64,000 bases of DNA, from IMG/VR virus record IMGVR_UViG_3300027733_000048; one strand, 5' to 3'. The notes under the pieces are model-generated. The model saw only the letters and a list, made by a program, of their open reading frames with translations, was not told where the DNA came from and did no database searches. The stretch's first letter is position 1. The number at the start of each line of letters is the position of its first letter. The position numbers were made by a program, and so were the translations under genes. Below are positions 28,909-37,255 of the stretch, piece by piece. This DNA is from an uncultured virus (IMG/VR IMGVR_UViG_3300027733_000048). Lineage: Duplodnaviria; Heunggongvirae; Uroviricota; Caudoviricetes.

Positions 28909-29438
28909 TTTATATCCTTACCAAGTACAAGACCGGTCCAAATTGTTCCTCCATCGTGTGTAAAGAATCCTAATATGTCTCTACCTGTAATAGTTAATGT
29001 AGGTGGAGTACCACCTACCCATTTAACACCCCACCATGTTATTGTTCCACTACCACCGTTGGTTAACTCTAGTATAAACGAACTAACTGTTCCGGCAGCC
29101 GGAACATTACTTACTGTTAATGATACTGCACCTGAAATTGTTTTAGTAAAATAAGACCCTAACAATAGATCAATATTTAACGCAGCCATTGCTATTCTAG
29201 TTTCGTATGCACCAATTGATGTGATTGTTTTATTAGTTAATGTTTGAGTATCAGTTGTTCCAACCACTGCGCCGGTTACATTAATAGTGTATGCTAACGC
29301 TGTCCATGTACTAGTCCCGTTTCCTATTTTAAATTTATTTGTTGCTAATTCGACACCGATTTCACCTTGTGCTAATATTGGATTTACTGATGTCCAATTT
29401 GCTGCAGTGTCGTGTCTTAATTGTAGTTGAACAGCCAT
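28905..29438 (-). CDS. Fibre protein with an Mtd-N/hyaluronidase-type N-terminal attachment domain
   Basis: QLRHDTAANWTSVNPILAQGEIGVELATNKFKIGNGTSTW; TQTLTNKTI; VKWVGGTPPTLT. Confidence 0.75.
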   Translation of the reverse strand: MAVQLQLRHDTAANWTSVNPILAQGEIGVELATNKFKIGNGTSTWTALAYTINVTGAVVGTTDTQTLTNKTITSIGAYETRIAMAALNIDLLLGSYFTKTISGAVSLTVSNVPAAGTVSSFILELTNGGSGTITWWGVKWVGGTPPTLTITGRDILGFFTHDGGTIWTGLVLGKDIK

Positions 29439-29453
29439 TATAACTCCTTATTC

Positions 29454-31829
29454 TTATGCTGCGCCGCCGGCGTTTATTGACGACAATCCTAATCCACCGT
29501 ATGTAGATGCAGCAGAGCCACAATCTATATATGTCATGTTATTAACTGAACTTATTACTCCACTACCGTTAATTGTAATCGTAGAACCATCAACTTTTAC
29601 AGCACCTAATACTGTAGTACTTGCAGTTGGCAACGATACTTGCGATACTTGTAATAATTTCCAGTTAGATGAACTTTGATTATACACTAATGAAACATAG
29701 GTTCCATTAGTATTTAATATTAATGACGAGCTGTTTTGAACAGTATTTCCACTACCGGGTAATACTGTTAAATTATGTGCAAAAAATGATCCAGCACTTG
29801 CTACGTCTACGAAGTTAACAATGCTACCGTCATTTGGACTAGTTGGTAATGTTACTGAAAACGCAGCAGTTGTAGTGTCGCATCTTACTAAGTCGTTTAC
29901 TGATGCAATATAACCGTTGCTAGTTATAATTGTAGTAGAACTAGTACCAGTTCCGAGTGGAGTTTCTAAAACTCTCCAATTGCTGTTAACGTCGTTGTAC
30001 ACTAATGATATGTAAGAACCGTCTATATCAAGAACTAACGACGTGTCGTCTTCAATTGTTTTAGAACCAGCTGCTAATATTATTAAATTATTAAGTGCAA
30101 ACTTTCTATGTGTATCAATAACACCAATAATATCCCCATCTACTGGAGCACTTGGTAATGTAATTGAAAATGCTCCACTAGTTGTATTACATCTAACTAG
30201 GTCATTTGCTTTAGCAATATATCCATTAGCAGTTTGTACTGCAGTTGGACTTAGACCGCCGCCAACAGCACCCCATGCACTGCCATAATACCCTTCAAAT
30301 TTTCCAAGTGATGTATTAAATCGTAAGTTACCTTGTGTTGCAGTAGGTCTTGATGAAGTGTCTCCTGTTGGAATAGTTAATGTTGTACCAATAGATAATC
30401 CAGTTGTAATCGATGATGACAAACTAATAACACCATTATTAATCGTAATTGTGCTGTTATCAATCTTAACCCCACCTAATTGTGTGTTAGTAGCAACAGC
30501 TAATCCAATAGTTCCACTTGTATTTGTAATACCACTAGTTGCAACTACTGGTATAATTACTCCACCTAATGCACTAGTAGTAGCAGCAGTTAACGTGTAT
30601 GGAGCTGCAACTGATATTGTTCCGTCACCTGCAATTGTAACATTTGATCCTTGTTTAACTCCGCCAAGTATTACTGATGTAGAAACTGGTAATGAGTACG
30701 GAGCTGCAACTGATATTGTTCCGTCACCTGCAATTGTAACATTTGATCCTTGTTTAACTCCGCCAAGTATTACTGATGTAGAAACTGGTAATGAGTACGG
30801 AGCTGCAACTGATATTGTTCCGTCACCTGCAATTGTAACATTTGATCCTTGTTTAACTCCGCCAAGTATTACTGATGTAGAAACTGGTAATGTGTATGTA
30901 ATCGCACCACTAATAACACCAGTTAATGGGTTAATTGTAATTGTACTATTATCAACTTTTACACCACCTAATTCAGTATTAGATGCAGTTGGTAATGTAT
31001 ATGTAATCGCACCACTAATAACACCAGTTAATGGGTTAATTGTAATTGTACTATTATCAACTTTTACACCACCAATTGTAGTAGTAGTTGCTGCAGGCAA
31101 CGATACTGAAATATTAACAGTTTTTGAATTAGTATCAGCAGTAATAGAAACGCCATTACTACCAGATAAGGTTAATGTATCAGTAGCTGATGCAGGAGTT
31201 AGTATATTACCTCCAGCAACTGCAATTGAGCTAAACACGGTAACATTTGAGCTAACTGTTATCGTCTTAGTAACACTATTTGATGTAATGCCAATACCAT
31301 TACCGTTTGCTAACGTAAGCGTATCTAACTCATAACCTGCATTAATCGATGGTTGATTAGCAACATTGATAGTTCCAAATGTACCGTAAAGGTTACTCGG
31401 AACTGGCATCCCTGCAGTACCAGACGACGACGGCAATACTACTGTAGGTAACGCTAATGGAGTAATTGTTTCAGCATACAATGCATTAAAAATTACTTTT
31501 GCACCTGCAAAATTTGGATTAGACGGATTGGCAGTTAGCGTCATTATACTTGCAGTAACTGTAGCAGTTAGCGTAATGAGTTCATCTTGAATGCAAGTAC
31601 GACCAAACACAGTATAACTTGCATGGTCTGGTCTTGCAACTACTAAAACTTGCATTGTTTCTTTTTGATTAGAATCAAATTCTACAGTAATATGATAACT
31701 TGCACTAGAATAATCTCCTACAAACCACGAATCTAAGACAGTAGTATCATAGATTTGAATCCATGGCATTTTATATGAAGTATTTTGTTTAGTTAATCGT
31801 GTTACGTTATTTGGTCCTGTGTGTGTCAT
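29454..31829 (-). CDS. Long mosaic fibre-like virion protein with LGGVK repeats
   Basis: 99-bp x3 and 105-bp x2 repeats; IPTGDTSSRP...LRFNT...FEGY motif; two xCxTTxxAFxxTLP domains. Confidence 0.8.
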   Translation of the reverse strand: MTHTGPNNVTRLTKQNTSYKMPWIQIYDTTVLDSWFVGDYSSASYHITVEFDSNQKETMQVLVVARPDHASYTVFGRTCIQDELITLTATVTASIMTLTANPSNPNFAGAKVIFNALYAETITPLALPTVVLPSSSGTAGMPVPSNLYGTFGTINVANQPSINAGYELDTLTLANGNGIGITSNSVTKTITVSSNVTVFSSIAVAGGNILTPASATDTLTLSGSNGVSITADTNSKTVNISVSLPAATTTTIGGVKVDNSTITINPLTGVISGAITYTLPTASNTELGGVKVDNSTITINPLTGVISGAITYTLPVSTSVILGGVKQGSNVTIAGDGTISVAAPYSLPVSTSVILGGVKQGSNVTIAGDGTISVAAPYSLPVSTSVILGGVKQGSNVTIAGDGTISVAAPYTLTAATTSALGGVIIPVVATSGITNTSGTIGLAVATNTQLGGVKIDNSTITINNGVISLSSSITTGLSIGTTLTIPTGDTSSRPTATQGNLRFNTSLGKFEGYYGSAWGAVGGGLSPTAVQTANGYIAKANDLVRCNTTSGAFSITLPSAPVDGDIIGVIDTHRKFALNNLIILAAGSKTIEDDTSLVLDIDGSYISLVYNDVNSNWRVLETPLGTGTSSTTIITSNGYIASVNDLVRCDTTTAAFSVTLPTSPNDGSIVNFVDVASAGSFFAHNLTVLPGSGNTVQNSSSLILNTNGTYVSLVYNQSSSNWKLLQVSQVSLPTASTTVLGAVKVDGSTITINGSGVISSVNNMTYIDCGSAASTYGGLGLSSINAGGAA
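30601..30892 (-). repeat. 99-bp tandem repeat (3 near-exact copies)
   Basis: ggagctgcaactgatattgttccgtcacctgc starts at 30601, 30700 and 30799. Confidence 0.92.
30893..31073 (-). repeat. 105-bp-period duplication
   Basis: gtaatcgcaccactaataacaccagttaatggg at 30898 and 31003 (GGVKVDNSTITINPLTGVISGAITYTLP x2). Confidence 0.9.
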
Positions 31830-32081
31830 ATGAGTTCTCAGTTTTATGTATTTATTTAAAATAAATCAGTACATTAGAAGGCTATCTTGAGAATAGCTCA
31901 CCGTTGTTTGTATCGTCACAATTGCTATACATTACATTGCAAGTTGGGCTATTCTTCTACTTGGTGAGGTTAGCAATGAAGTAAATTTTGTATACGTATT
32001 CTAGCCATTATCTTATATTTATCAAAACGCATAGTGTAATTAACATTGCTTACTAAATATTTCACAACAAGGAATATATAT

Positions 32082-32654
32082 ATGAATCGATATTTAAAAT
32101 ATGTTAAAGATGTATGGGAATTACAAGCAAATCGCAAAGTGTTAGGTTTGGAAATTTTTGGAGTATTACTTGATAACTCTACGGCATTTACACCTGGTGA
32201 TCAATTACAAATGTTTGAAGGGGCAGAGTTAGCAGTTCAAACATTAGTAAGAAAGGGTTATGATTTTTTAATAATTAGCGGGCAACCTGCATTGCGTACT
32301 AAAAACTTACAACAACAAGATTTTGAAAATATTGTTGGATCAGTGGCAGAATTTATTCAGCAATCAGGCGGACAAGTTAAAAATGTATATTTTGCACCAG
32401 GTACTGACAAGCACGATGAATTTGTTAAACCAAATACCGGAATGTTTGACAGGGCACAGAGAGAGAAAATGATAGTATGGAAGGACGCTATTTATATTGG
32501 ATCAACTGCTGCTGATGTTAAAGCTGCATCTAAAGTAAAAGCAGTATCTGTGTTAATTAACAACGGATCAGTAAAACTACCAGTTGGTAGCAATGCTAGT
32601 GAATTTCCTAATCTATTAGATTTTGCTAAATCTTTAGATTCAAATATGCAGTAA
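32082..32654 (+). CDS. HAD-IIIA (GmhB/HisB-like) phosphatase homolog with degenerate catalytic motifs
   Basis: IISGQ, KPNTGMF, IYIGSTAADVKAA; motif I reads LEIFGV rather than LDRDG. Confidence 0.7.
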   Translation: MNRYLKYVKDVWELQANRKVLGLEIFGVLLDNSTAFTPGDQLQMFEGAELAVQTLVRKGYDFLIISGQPALRTKNLQQQDFENIVGSVAEFIQQSGGQVKNVYFAPGTDKHDEFVKPNTGMFDRAQREKMIVWKDAIYIGSTAADVKAASKVKAVSVLINNGSVKLPVGSNASEFPNLLDFAKSLDSNMQ

Positions 32655-33188
32655 TACTGTAATGTCGTTAGGCACAACTGGAAATTTCATTCTTTCAGGA
32701 TGCCACACTATACCAGCTAATGAGTTATCAATCCACGATTCACAATACCCCTCTGTATCAACTGCCAATACTGTTGCAGCAGGCGGAGGGTTAGTTATTT
32801 GCAATGTATGAAATGAATTAACCATTATGCTAGTGTTATCTATAATTACTATGTGATTAGTATCTGTATGATTATTGCACAACATGATAGTGCCACCTAA
32901 CAGTTCAGTTAATAAAAATGCACCATGACAAATGCCTAAAACAGGTTTACCTCGTATCATCATTGCAGTAGCTAATTTAATTTCAACTATTCTTCTAATA
33001 GATGCATCATTGCCACCAGTAATGATAAAACTATCAAGTGTATCTGCAAGGTAATCAAAATTTTGATCAATTCGATTTTGAATAGCAGTTATTTGATGAT
33101 CTTTTAAAAATGAATACCAAGAACTATCGAGTGCATCATAAGACAGTCCTTTGTCATACCAAATCCTTTGACTTAACCCTATGTTCAT
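32640..33188 (-). CDS. Class I glutamine amidotransferase (PuuD / peptidase C26-like)
   Basis: ITGGND, PVLGICHG (nucleophile Cys), VNSFH, WHPE. Confidence 0.88.
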   Translation of the reverse strand: MNIGLSQRIWYDKGLSYDALDSSWYSFLKDHQITAIQNRIDQNFDYLADTLDSFIITGGNDASIRRIVEIKLATAMMIRGKPVLGICHGAFLLTELLGGTIMLCNNHTDTNHIVIIDNTSIMVNSFHTLQITNPPPAATVLAVDTEGYCESWIDNSLAGIVWHPERMKFPVVPNDITVLLHI

Positions 33189-33826
33189 CGATCAGTAAAC
33201 GGTTTACGACCATGTCTAATTTCACTATCAAGCCAGTGTGTCTCAATTGATTGTACATATTTAGAATTAGCATCAGTTTCTATAAATTTCATTACTTCGT
33301 TGCTGTCGTATAAAATAGGAAAATCAAGGATAGAACTTAACCATTTTAGATAGTACGACTTATGTAAAAAGAAGGCTTCGTGATCTATAAAATGTATTTT
33401 GTAGTTGCTCGGTACTAAGGTAGTATAATAATAATCCTGAGCAATTGATAGTGTAATTTGGCCGCCTACACGCTCTTGTTGAAGTGAGTTAATGGTTTGA
33501 TCTCTAACTACGATTGCAATTTCAACTGTTATACCAAACAACGACGCGCGATTGGCTACTTCTAATATCTTTGGAACATATCTTATTCCGTCGTAGAAAA
33601 AAGGGCAACTAACATTTGCAAGCCAAAAATCAAATCCATCAAAATCTTGTTCTGTTAATAGTTCTGGATATACCCAAAATTTTGCAAATGTTTCTTGGTC
33701 ACTAGGAATCCAATAGCTACTTAGTAATTCTTTCCATCCGCCAACGTTAGGATGTGTGCTTAATACTCTACTAAAAATATGATTACCTGATCCTTGCGGC
33801 CCTGTTAATATTAAAAGTTTTTTCAT
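33185..33826 (-). CDS. P-loop / sulfotransferase-fold protein, paralog A
   Basis: LILTGPQGSGNHIFSRVLSTHP; paralog of the next ORF. Confidence 0.5.
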   Translation of the reverse strand: MKKLLILTGPQGSGNHIFSRVLSTHPNVGGWKELLSSYWIPSDQETFAKFWVYPELLTEQDFDGFDFWLANVSCPFFYDGIRYVPKILEVANRASLFGITVEIAIVVRDQTINSLQQERVGGQITLSIAQDYYYTTLVPSNYKIHFIDHEAFFLHKSYYLKWLSSILDFPILYDSNEVMKFIETDANSKYVQSIETHWLDSEIRHGRKPFTDR

Positions 33827-34449
33827 TTTGGTAGCTCTTTTAAAGGAATCCCAGTTTTATTACATTGGTCAAGAATATAATTATCAACATAATGTATATA
33901 TTTTTTATTACTGTCATCTTTAAGTATTTTGTATATACGGGTATCATTGTACGCAATTGGAATATTAAGATTAAGACTTTGTAAATACTTTTCTTTATAC
34001 AAATACAACAACTCATAACTTAAAAATATCGGCTGCTTAAAAGTAAGTAACTGTTCCATAAACAGCGGAAAGGTATGTTCACTTCTTAATCTAATTTGTT
34101 GATTTTCTAAAATAGTTTGATCACGTCCGCAAACTACGATAGTTACATTAACCTTATGTTGTTCAACTGCAGCAGTAAATCCTGCAATATCAGGCATCCA
34201 TTTATGTTCTTGTATTCCTAATGGACAGCTGATACTTGTAAAATAAAAATTACTTTGTGACCAATCAAATGTATCTAATAAACTGTGATCTTTCCAATAA
34301 TTACAAAACGGTTCTGCAAATCTATGTGCTTCCCAATAGTTTTCTAATAATGTTTTCCATCCATATACCTCGGGATGTAAACTAAAAATTTTGCTCCATA
34401 AATGATTTCCGGCACCTTGAGGTCCAGTTAACAATAACAGTTGTTTCAT
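33823..34449 (-). CDS. P-loop / sulfotransferase-fold protein, paralog B
   Basis: LLLTGPQGAGNHLWSKIFSLHP...GRD...LSYELL. Confidence 0.5.
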   Translation of the reverse strand: MKQLLLLTGPQGAGNHLWSKIFSLHPEVYGWKTLLENYWEAHRFAEPFCNYWKDHSLLDTFDWSQSNFYFTSISCPLGIQEHKWMPDIAGFTAAVEQHKVNVTIVVCGRDQTILENQQIRLRSEHTFPLFMEQLLTFKQPIFLSYELLYLYKEKYLQSLNLNIPIAYNDTRIYKILKDDSNKKYIHYVDNYILDQCNKTGIPLKELPK

Positions 34450-34874
34450 AAAACAATATCATCCACAATAATTTTACCCCATTTTTCACTGTGTTGTTCA
34501 GTAACACGAAATGTATAATTTTGAGGAGGAATAAACATACTGTTAGTATCTGCAAATTGTGATGTATTAATTGTATCAACCCAGATTACATATGTTGCAT
34601 CAAAAATATCTCTCATTTCAATTAATGGTGCAACAAAATCGCATATGACAAAATCTATATCTGTTAACAAATCTGCAAGATCTCGCATACGTTTACTTTG
34701 ACGGATTCTACCTTCTGTACTAAAATCCCAATCATTGTATTGTTCTCGTATAGTGTCTGCATTTAACCATTTAACAAGTTTATTACGGTTTTTTAATTCA
34801 GTTACAATGTGTGATGTTAAGTAAGTTTTGCCAGCACCGGGCAATCCCATTACTAAAATGCGTTGTGCTTTCAT
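34446..34874 (-). CDS. Adenylylsulfate (APS) kinase-like protein, short
   Basis: MGLPGAGKT, WLNADTIR, DFSTEGRIRQ, ICDFVAP; CysC-like. Confidence 0.75.
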   Translation of the reverse strand: MKAQRILVMGLPGAGKTYLTSHIVTELKNRNKLVKWLNADTIREQYNDWDFSTEGRIRQSKRMRDLADLLTDIDFVICDFVAPLIEMRDIFDATYVIWVDTINTSQFADTNSMFIPPQNYTFRVTEQHSEKWGKIIVDDIVL

Positions 34875-34893
34875 ATTATTATTTTAAAAAGGT

Positions 34894-34921
34894 AAAAGAA
34901 AGACGGGAGTAACCCCGTCTT
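34894..34921 (-). terminator. Intrinsic terminator after the ferritin-like gene
   Basis: AAGACGGG-GTTACT-CCCGTCTT-TCTTTT. Confidence 0.75.
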
Positions 34922-34928
34922 AAGTGTA

Positions 34929-35627
34929 TTACCAACCGTATGCGTCGGTAACTAATTGTTTTGCAGCAGGAACTTCGAGTGTATTTTTGCAGCTAATATC
35001 AAATAAATCTTTACGCATTTGATCTACAATAGTTGTAACGTATGATTGTGTAGTTGCATCTACTGCTAATTTTTCAAGTTTCCATCCGCCAATATTAGAA
35101 TGAAATCCTTCGTCTTTGGCAATTTTCGCATATGATTTACTAATAAAAGTATCTTCAATGCATTCTGCCATTTGATTCCAAACTGCTTCAGCACGGCCTT
35201 CGGCAATTAGTTGATATGCAGCTAACGCAAGCGGATCAGTTTCTGCGCCGTATTTTGCTAACAACGATGCACCTTTAGCTGTAGGTTTTGCAGCTTCTGC
35301 AGCAATTGCAGCATTAACATCAACAGGCGAACCTTGAATGTGTTCAATTACTTCTTTAACTAGACGAAAATGTACAGCCTCATCATGGGCTTGTTGTGTT
35401 AATAATTGCAATTCAACTGGATCAGTATCAGCTGGTAATTCTGCAATAGCTTGGCTAATTTCAACCATATTCATGCGCTCATTAACCATACGACCAATAA
35501 AATGGTCAACTAATTCTTCTTGACTTGGGTTACTGTCAAAGTATGCTTTTACATTAATTTGGCTAGCTTTAAATAATGCAGCGTTCTCTTGTTTGATTTT
35601 TGCAACAAACTCTTTTCCTGTTAACAT
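34929..35627 (-). CDS. Ferritin-like di-iron carboxylate protein
   Basis: E...DEAVH and E...DEGFH, the two ExxH motifs of a four-helix bundle; AAGGAGA RBS; GATAAATA at 35684-35691. Confidence 0.8.
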   Translation of the reverse strand: MLTGKEFVAKIKQENAALFKASQINVKAYFDSNPSQEELVDHFIGRMVNERMNMVEISQAIAELPADTDPVELQLLTQQAHDEAVHFRLVKEVIEHIQGSPVDVNAAIAAEAAKPTAKGASLLAKYGAETDPLALAAYQLIAEGRAEAVWNQMAECIEDTFISKSYAKIAKDEGFHSNIGGWKLEKLAVDATTQSYVTTIVDQMRKDLFDISCKNTLEVPAAKQLVTDAYGW

Positions 35628-35709
35628 ATATTATCTCCTTGATAATTACACTATAATACAAAATTTTTGTATTTTTATAATATTATTTATCACATACGGA
35701 AAATCATTA

Positions 35710-36447
35710 ATGAATACTAGAATTTTTAATCTAATTATAAAAAATTTAGAACAATCCTTCAATTTACCAAAATATAACAATACAAGACTTGAATTAAATT
35801 CAAAAAGTGTTATAAACGAATTACCATGGACTCTTGCAAGATATCTTAAATTTCAAAATACAATTAAACAAGAGTTAAATTTTGATACAGTAGATGTTAA
35901 TGGCACGATTGACACAGTTGTAAATGCATTAGATGCTCGATATTTAAATAGATTTTTTGGTGAAATATGGAAACCAAAAACTGAAGCATACACATACAGC
36001 GGTTGGAATCTAGTTGATGAAATTAATAACCAACAGCCTAATGCAGTGTTAGACGTTGGTTGTGGATATCATCCATTTAAAGGAAGAATACACAATTTAA
36101 TAGGTATCGATCCGTATAATAATTGTGCTGAATATATGGTTGATATTTTAGACTTTAATATTACAGAATTGTTATTTGATCATATACTTGTTTTAGGATC
36201 GTTAAATTTTAATTCGCACGATGATATTGATCAAAGATTTTCAAAAATTGTGTCGTTGCTTGCTCCAAATGGCAAAATTTATATTAGAGCAAATCCAGGT
36301 ATATTACATCCAAATGGACCATACGTAGATATTTTTGCATGGTCATTTGAAATTGCATATAATTTTGCAAAGCAATATAATCTTTCATTAGAAACATTTA
36401 AAAAAGATAATAATAATCGATTATTTTTTGTTTATTTAAAAAAATAA
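35710..36447 (+). CDS. Class I SAM-dependent methyltransferase with a small helical N-terminal domain
   Basis: VLDVGCG, GIDP, FDHILVLGSL, LAPNGKIY; start probably ATG 35710. Confidence 0.85.
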   Translation: MNTRIFNLIIKNLEQSFNLPKYNNTRLELNSKSVINELPWTLARYLKFQNTIKQELNFDTVDVNGTIDTVVNALDARYLNRFFGEIWKPKTEAYTYSGWNLVDEINNQQPNAVLDVGCGYHPFKGRIHNLIGIDPYNNCAEYMVDILDFNITELLFDHILVLGSLNFNSHDDIDQRFSKIVSLLAPNGKIYIRANPGILHPNGPYVDIFAWSFEIAYNFAKQYNLSLETFKKDNNNRLFFVYLKK

Positions 36448-36692
36448 AGATAGATTAATCCAGGAATTATAATAAAAAACTGTGGAATAAAATTGAATAG
36501 TAATGCAGGTTCTTTCCATCTGTATCCTACATATATCCATCCACTAGCACCAATCATTTGTAGTATGCTATTCCACGGAGTAAGTCCTAATACATGAAAA
36601 ATCATAGCAGTTAGAATAGTAGCTGCACTTGCGTATTTGATATACCAGACGTGATCTCTCATTTTACAATTGCTACTAATATATCTGGCCAA
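36432..36692 (-). CDS. Small three-helix membrane protein
   Basis: Three hydrophobic segments; PWN...GWIYVG..WKEPAL. Confidence 0.65.
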   Translation of the reverse strand: MARYISSNCKMRDHVWYIKYASAATILTAMIFHVLGLTPWNSILQMIGASGWIYVGYRWKEPALLFNFIPQFFIIIPGLIYLYFFK

Positions 36693-37255
36693 GTTTGTGT
36701 AAACTCTACTGTTTGATTAAACTGTTTACTAAGCCACTGAGGTGTAAAATATTCCCATGTTACATTATGCTTATATCCAAATTCTAAGATATTATTATTT
36801 TGTATAGTAATCTCTGCTAGCATTTTAGCGTGATTTTTATACCAACTATAATTAGGATAACTAATTTGAAATCCCCCTGCTTCAAACCACCATGCATAAC
36901 TACTTGCATCGGGTCGATATACTAACATAATCCAATCATTAGGATACACTTCTTTAATACTATCTAATTTATACGCCCAATCATGACTTTTAATAAGTCT
37001 AGTTCCGCCCGGAGTTAACCAAGCGGAATCTAAATAATTAGGATCATCTAAACATGAATCATATTCCATTTCTTTTCCAAAATACGCACCAACGTGACCA
37101 CTAAATGCATGATGCGTATATTGTTTATCTACAGATCTATCCGATGTGTTAAAGCTAGTAATACTATCTTCAATAGTACGTGCTATACCACTCCATCTAC
37201 TACCTGGCACACCTGTAAAAAATATGCGTTTATTGTTTAGATAATAATTTTCCAA
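36659..37255 (-). CDS. Sulfotransferase-fold / P-loop-like hypothetical protein
   Basis: FFTGVPGSRWSG...LIKSH...LVYRP follows the order of sulfotransferase motifs (PSB loop, KxH, R). Confidence 0.5.
   Translation of the reverse strand: MENYYLNNKRIFFTGVPGSRWSGIARTIEDSITSFNTSDRSVDKQYTHHAFSGHVGAYFGKEMEYDSCLDDPNYLDSAWLTPGGTRLIKSHDWAYKLDSIKEVYPNDWIMLVYRPDASSYAWWFEAGGFQISYPNYSWYKNHAKMLAEITIQNNNILEFGYKHNVTWEYFTPQWLSKQFNQTVEFTQTWPDILVAIVK

Noticed and set aside
28905..29438. Mtd-like gene as evidence for a diversity-generating retroelement
   Set aside because: Only the N-terminal attachment domain is present; no C-type-lectin variable region, template repeat or RT was seen
30358..31335. 325-aa plus-strand ORF and similar antisense ORFs (25635-26039, 56396-56989, 60667-60972 and others)
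   Set aside because: Shadow frames of Thr/Gly/Val-rich repetitive minus-strand genes; no RBS or recognisable motifs
35593..35709. N-terminal extension of the methyltransferase ORF in the ORF track
   Set aside because: Overlaps the divergent ferritin-like gene start and its promoter; ATG 35710 with an upstream GGA is the more plausible start
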